NCBI RefSeq assembly: GCF_009914755.1
Contig: NC_060928.1
Strand: one strand, 5' to 3'
Length of the DNA stretch: 64,000 bases
Source: the human T2T-CHM13v2.0 reference genome, Homo sapiens
Below the pieces are notes generated by a model, which was not told the origin of the DNA, ran no database searches, and saw only the letters and a list, made by a program, of their open reading frames with translations. A program made the translations under genes and the position numbers. Below are positions 63,416 to 64,000 of the stretch, one piece after another (positions within the stretch are counted from its first letter, which is position 1; each line of letters begins with the position of its first letter).

Positions 63416-64000
63416 GAGCAAAGTTATAATTCCTTAGATATATTCATTGCTAATTATGAGCATTGTCACCTTTTACAGTAATTCTTTAGTATTATATACC
63501 ACATCATTTGAAACTGAGTTGGTATGGAGTGCCCACATGAAAAAAGTAAAAGTAATATATTGATGTTAATTAATCTGAATAATTATCTCTTACACAAGAT
63601 TGGTAATATGCATGGTTTATAATTTAATAGTATGTAAAGTAATATGAATATAGTGCAAAGATATTATTAAAATGATGAAGAATAATATTATCATGATTTC
63701 TGTGAGTTTATTGTTGAGTAGATGATGAGGAGGAGAAAAATGGTATTAGTTAGTTCCTGTGGCTCAATAGAACATATGGAAATGAATGCTTTCATTAATT
63801 ATTGGGAAAAATAATAAGGAAAATGTTCTTCTTCTCCTCGAAGAAGATTATTCAAATAATTGTTCTTGACAGGGACAGATAATTATTTAAGCACCTTACA
63901 TCTCTAAAATGCTATGATTATAAGAGATATTTGGTCTAAATCAAAGTTCTTCCCTCTGATTATTTAGTACATATTTTACTTGCACTGACTTTGAATGAAC

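Overview
AT-rich, repeat-dense primate (most likely human) genomic DNA with no recognisable cellular protein-coding gene. The longer ORFs in the track come from Alu, L1, ERVL or MaLR elements, and the other short ORFs look like chance. Main content: a full-length HERV-L provirus with two MLT2A-type LTRs and a 5-bp TSD (29893-36650); an older truncated ERVL/MLT2 element; two complete MaLR (THE1/MST) LTR-int-LTR elements; a 5'-inverted young L1PA with a large internal gap; a second young L1PA 3' end; a near full-length L1PB; about 14 Alus; and assorted MLT1, MER, MIR and L2 relics. The most unusual structure is a near-perfect 284-bp inverted duplication of non-repeat DNA (16667-16950 vs 18210-18493). 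It truncates an L1 and has a fold-back hairpin at both junctions. Several other short fold-back or templated scars occur across the window. All repeat subfamily names come from my recall of consensus sequences, not from a database search. I found no evidence for a new gene system.
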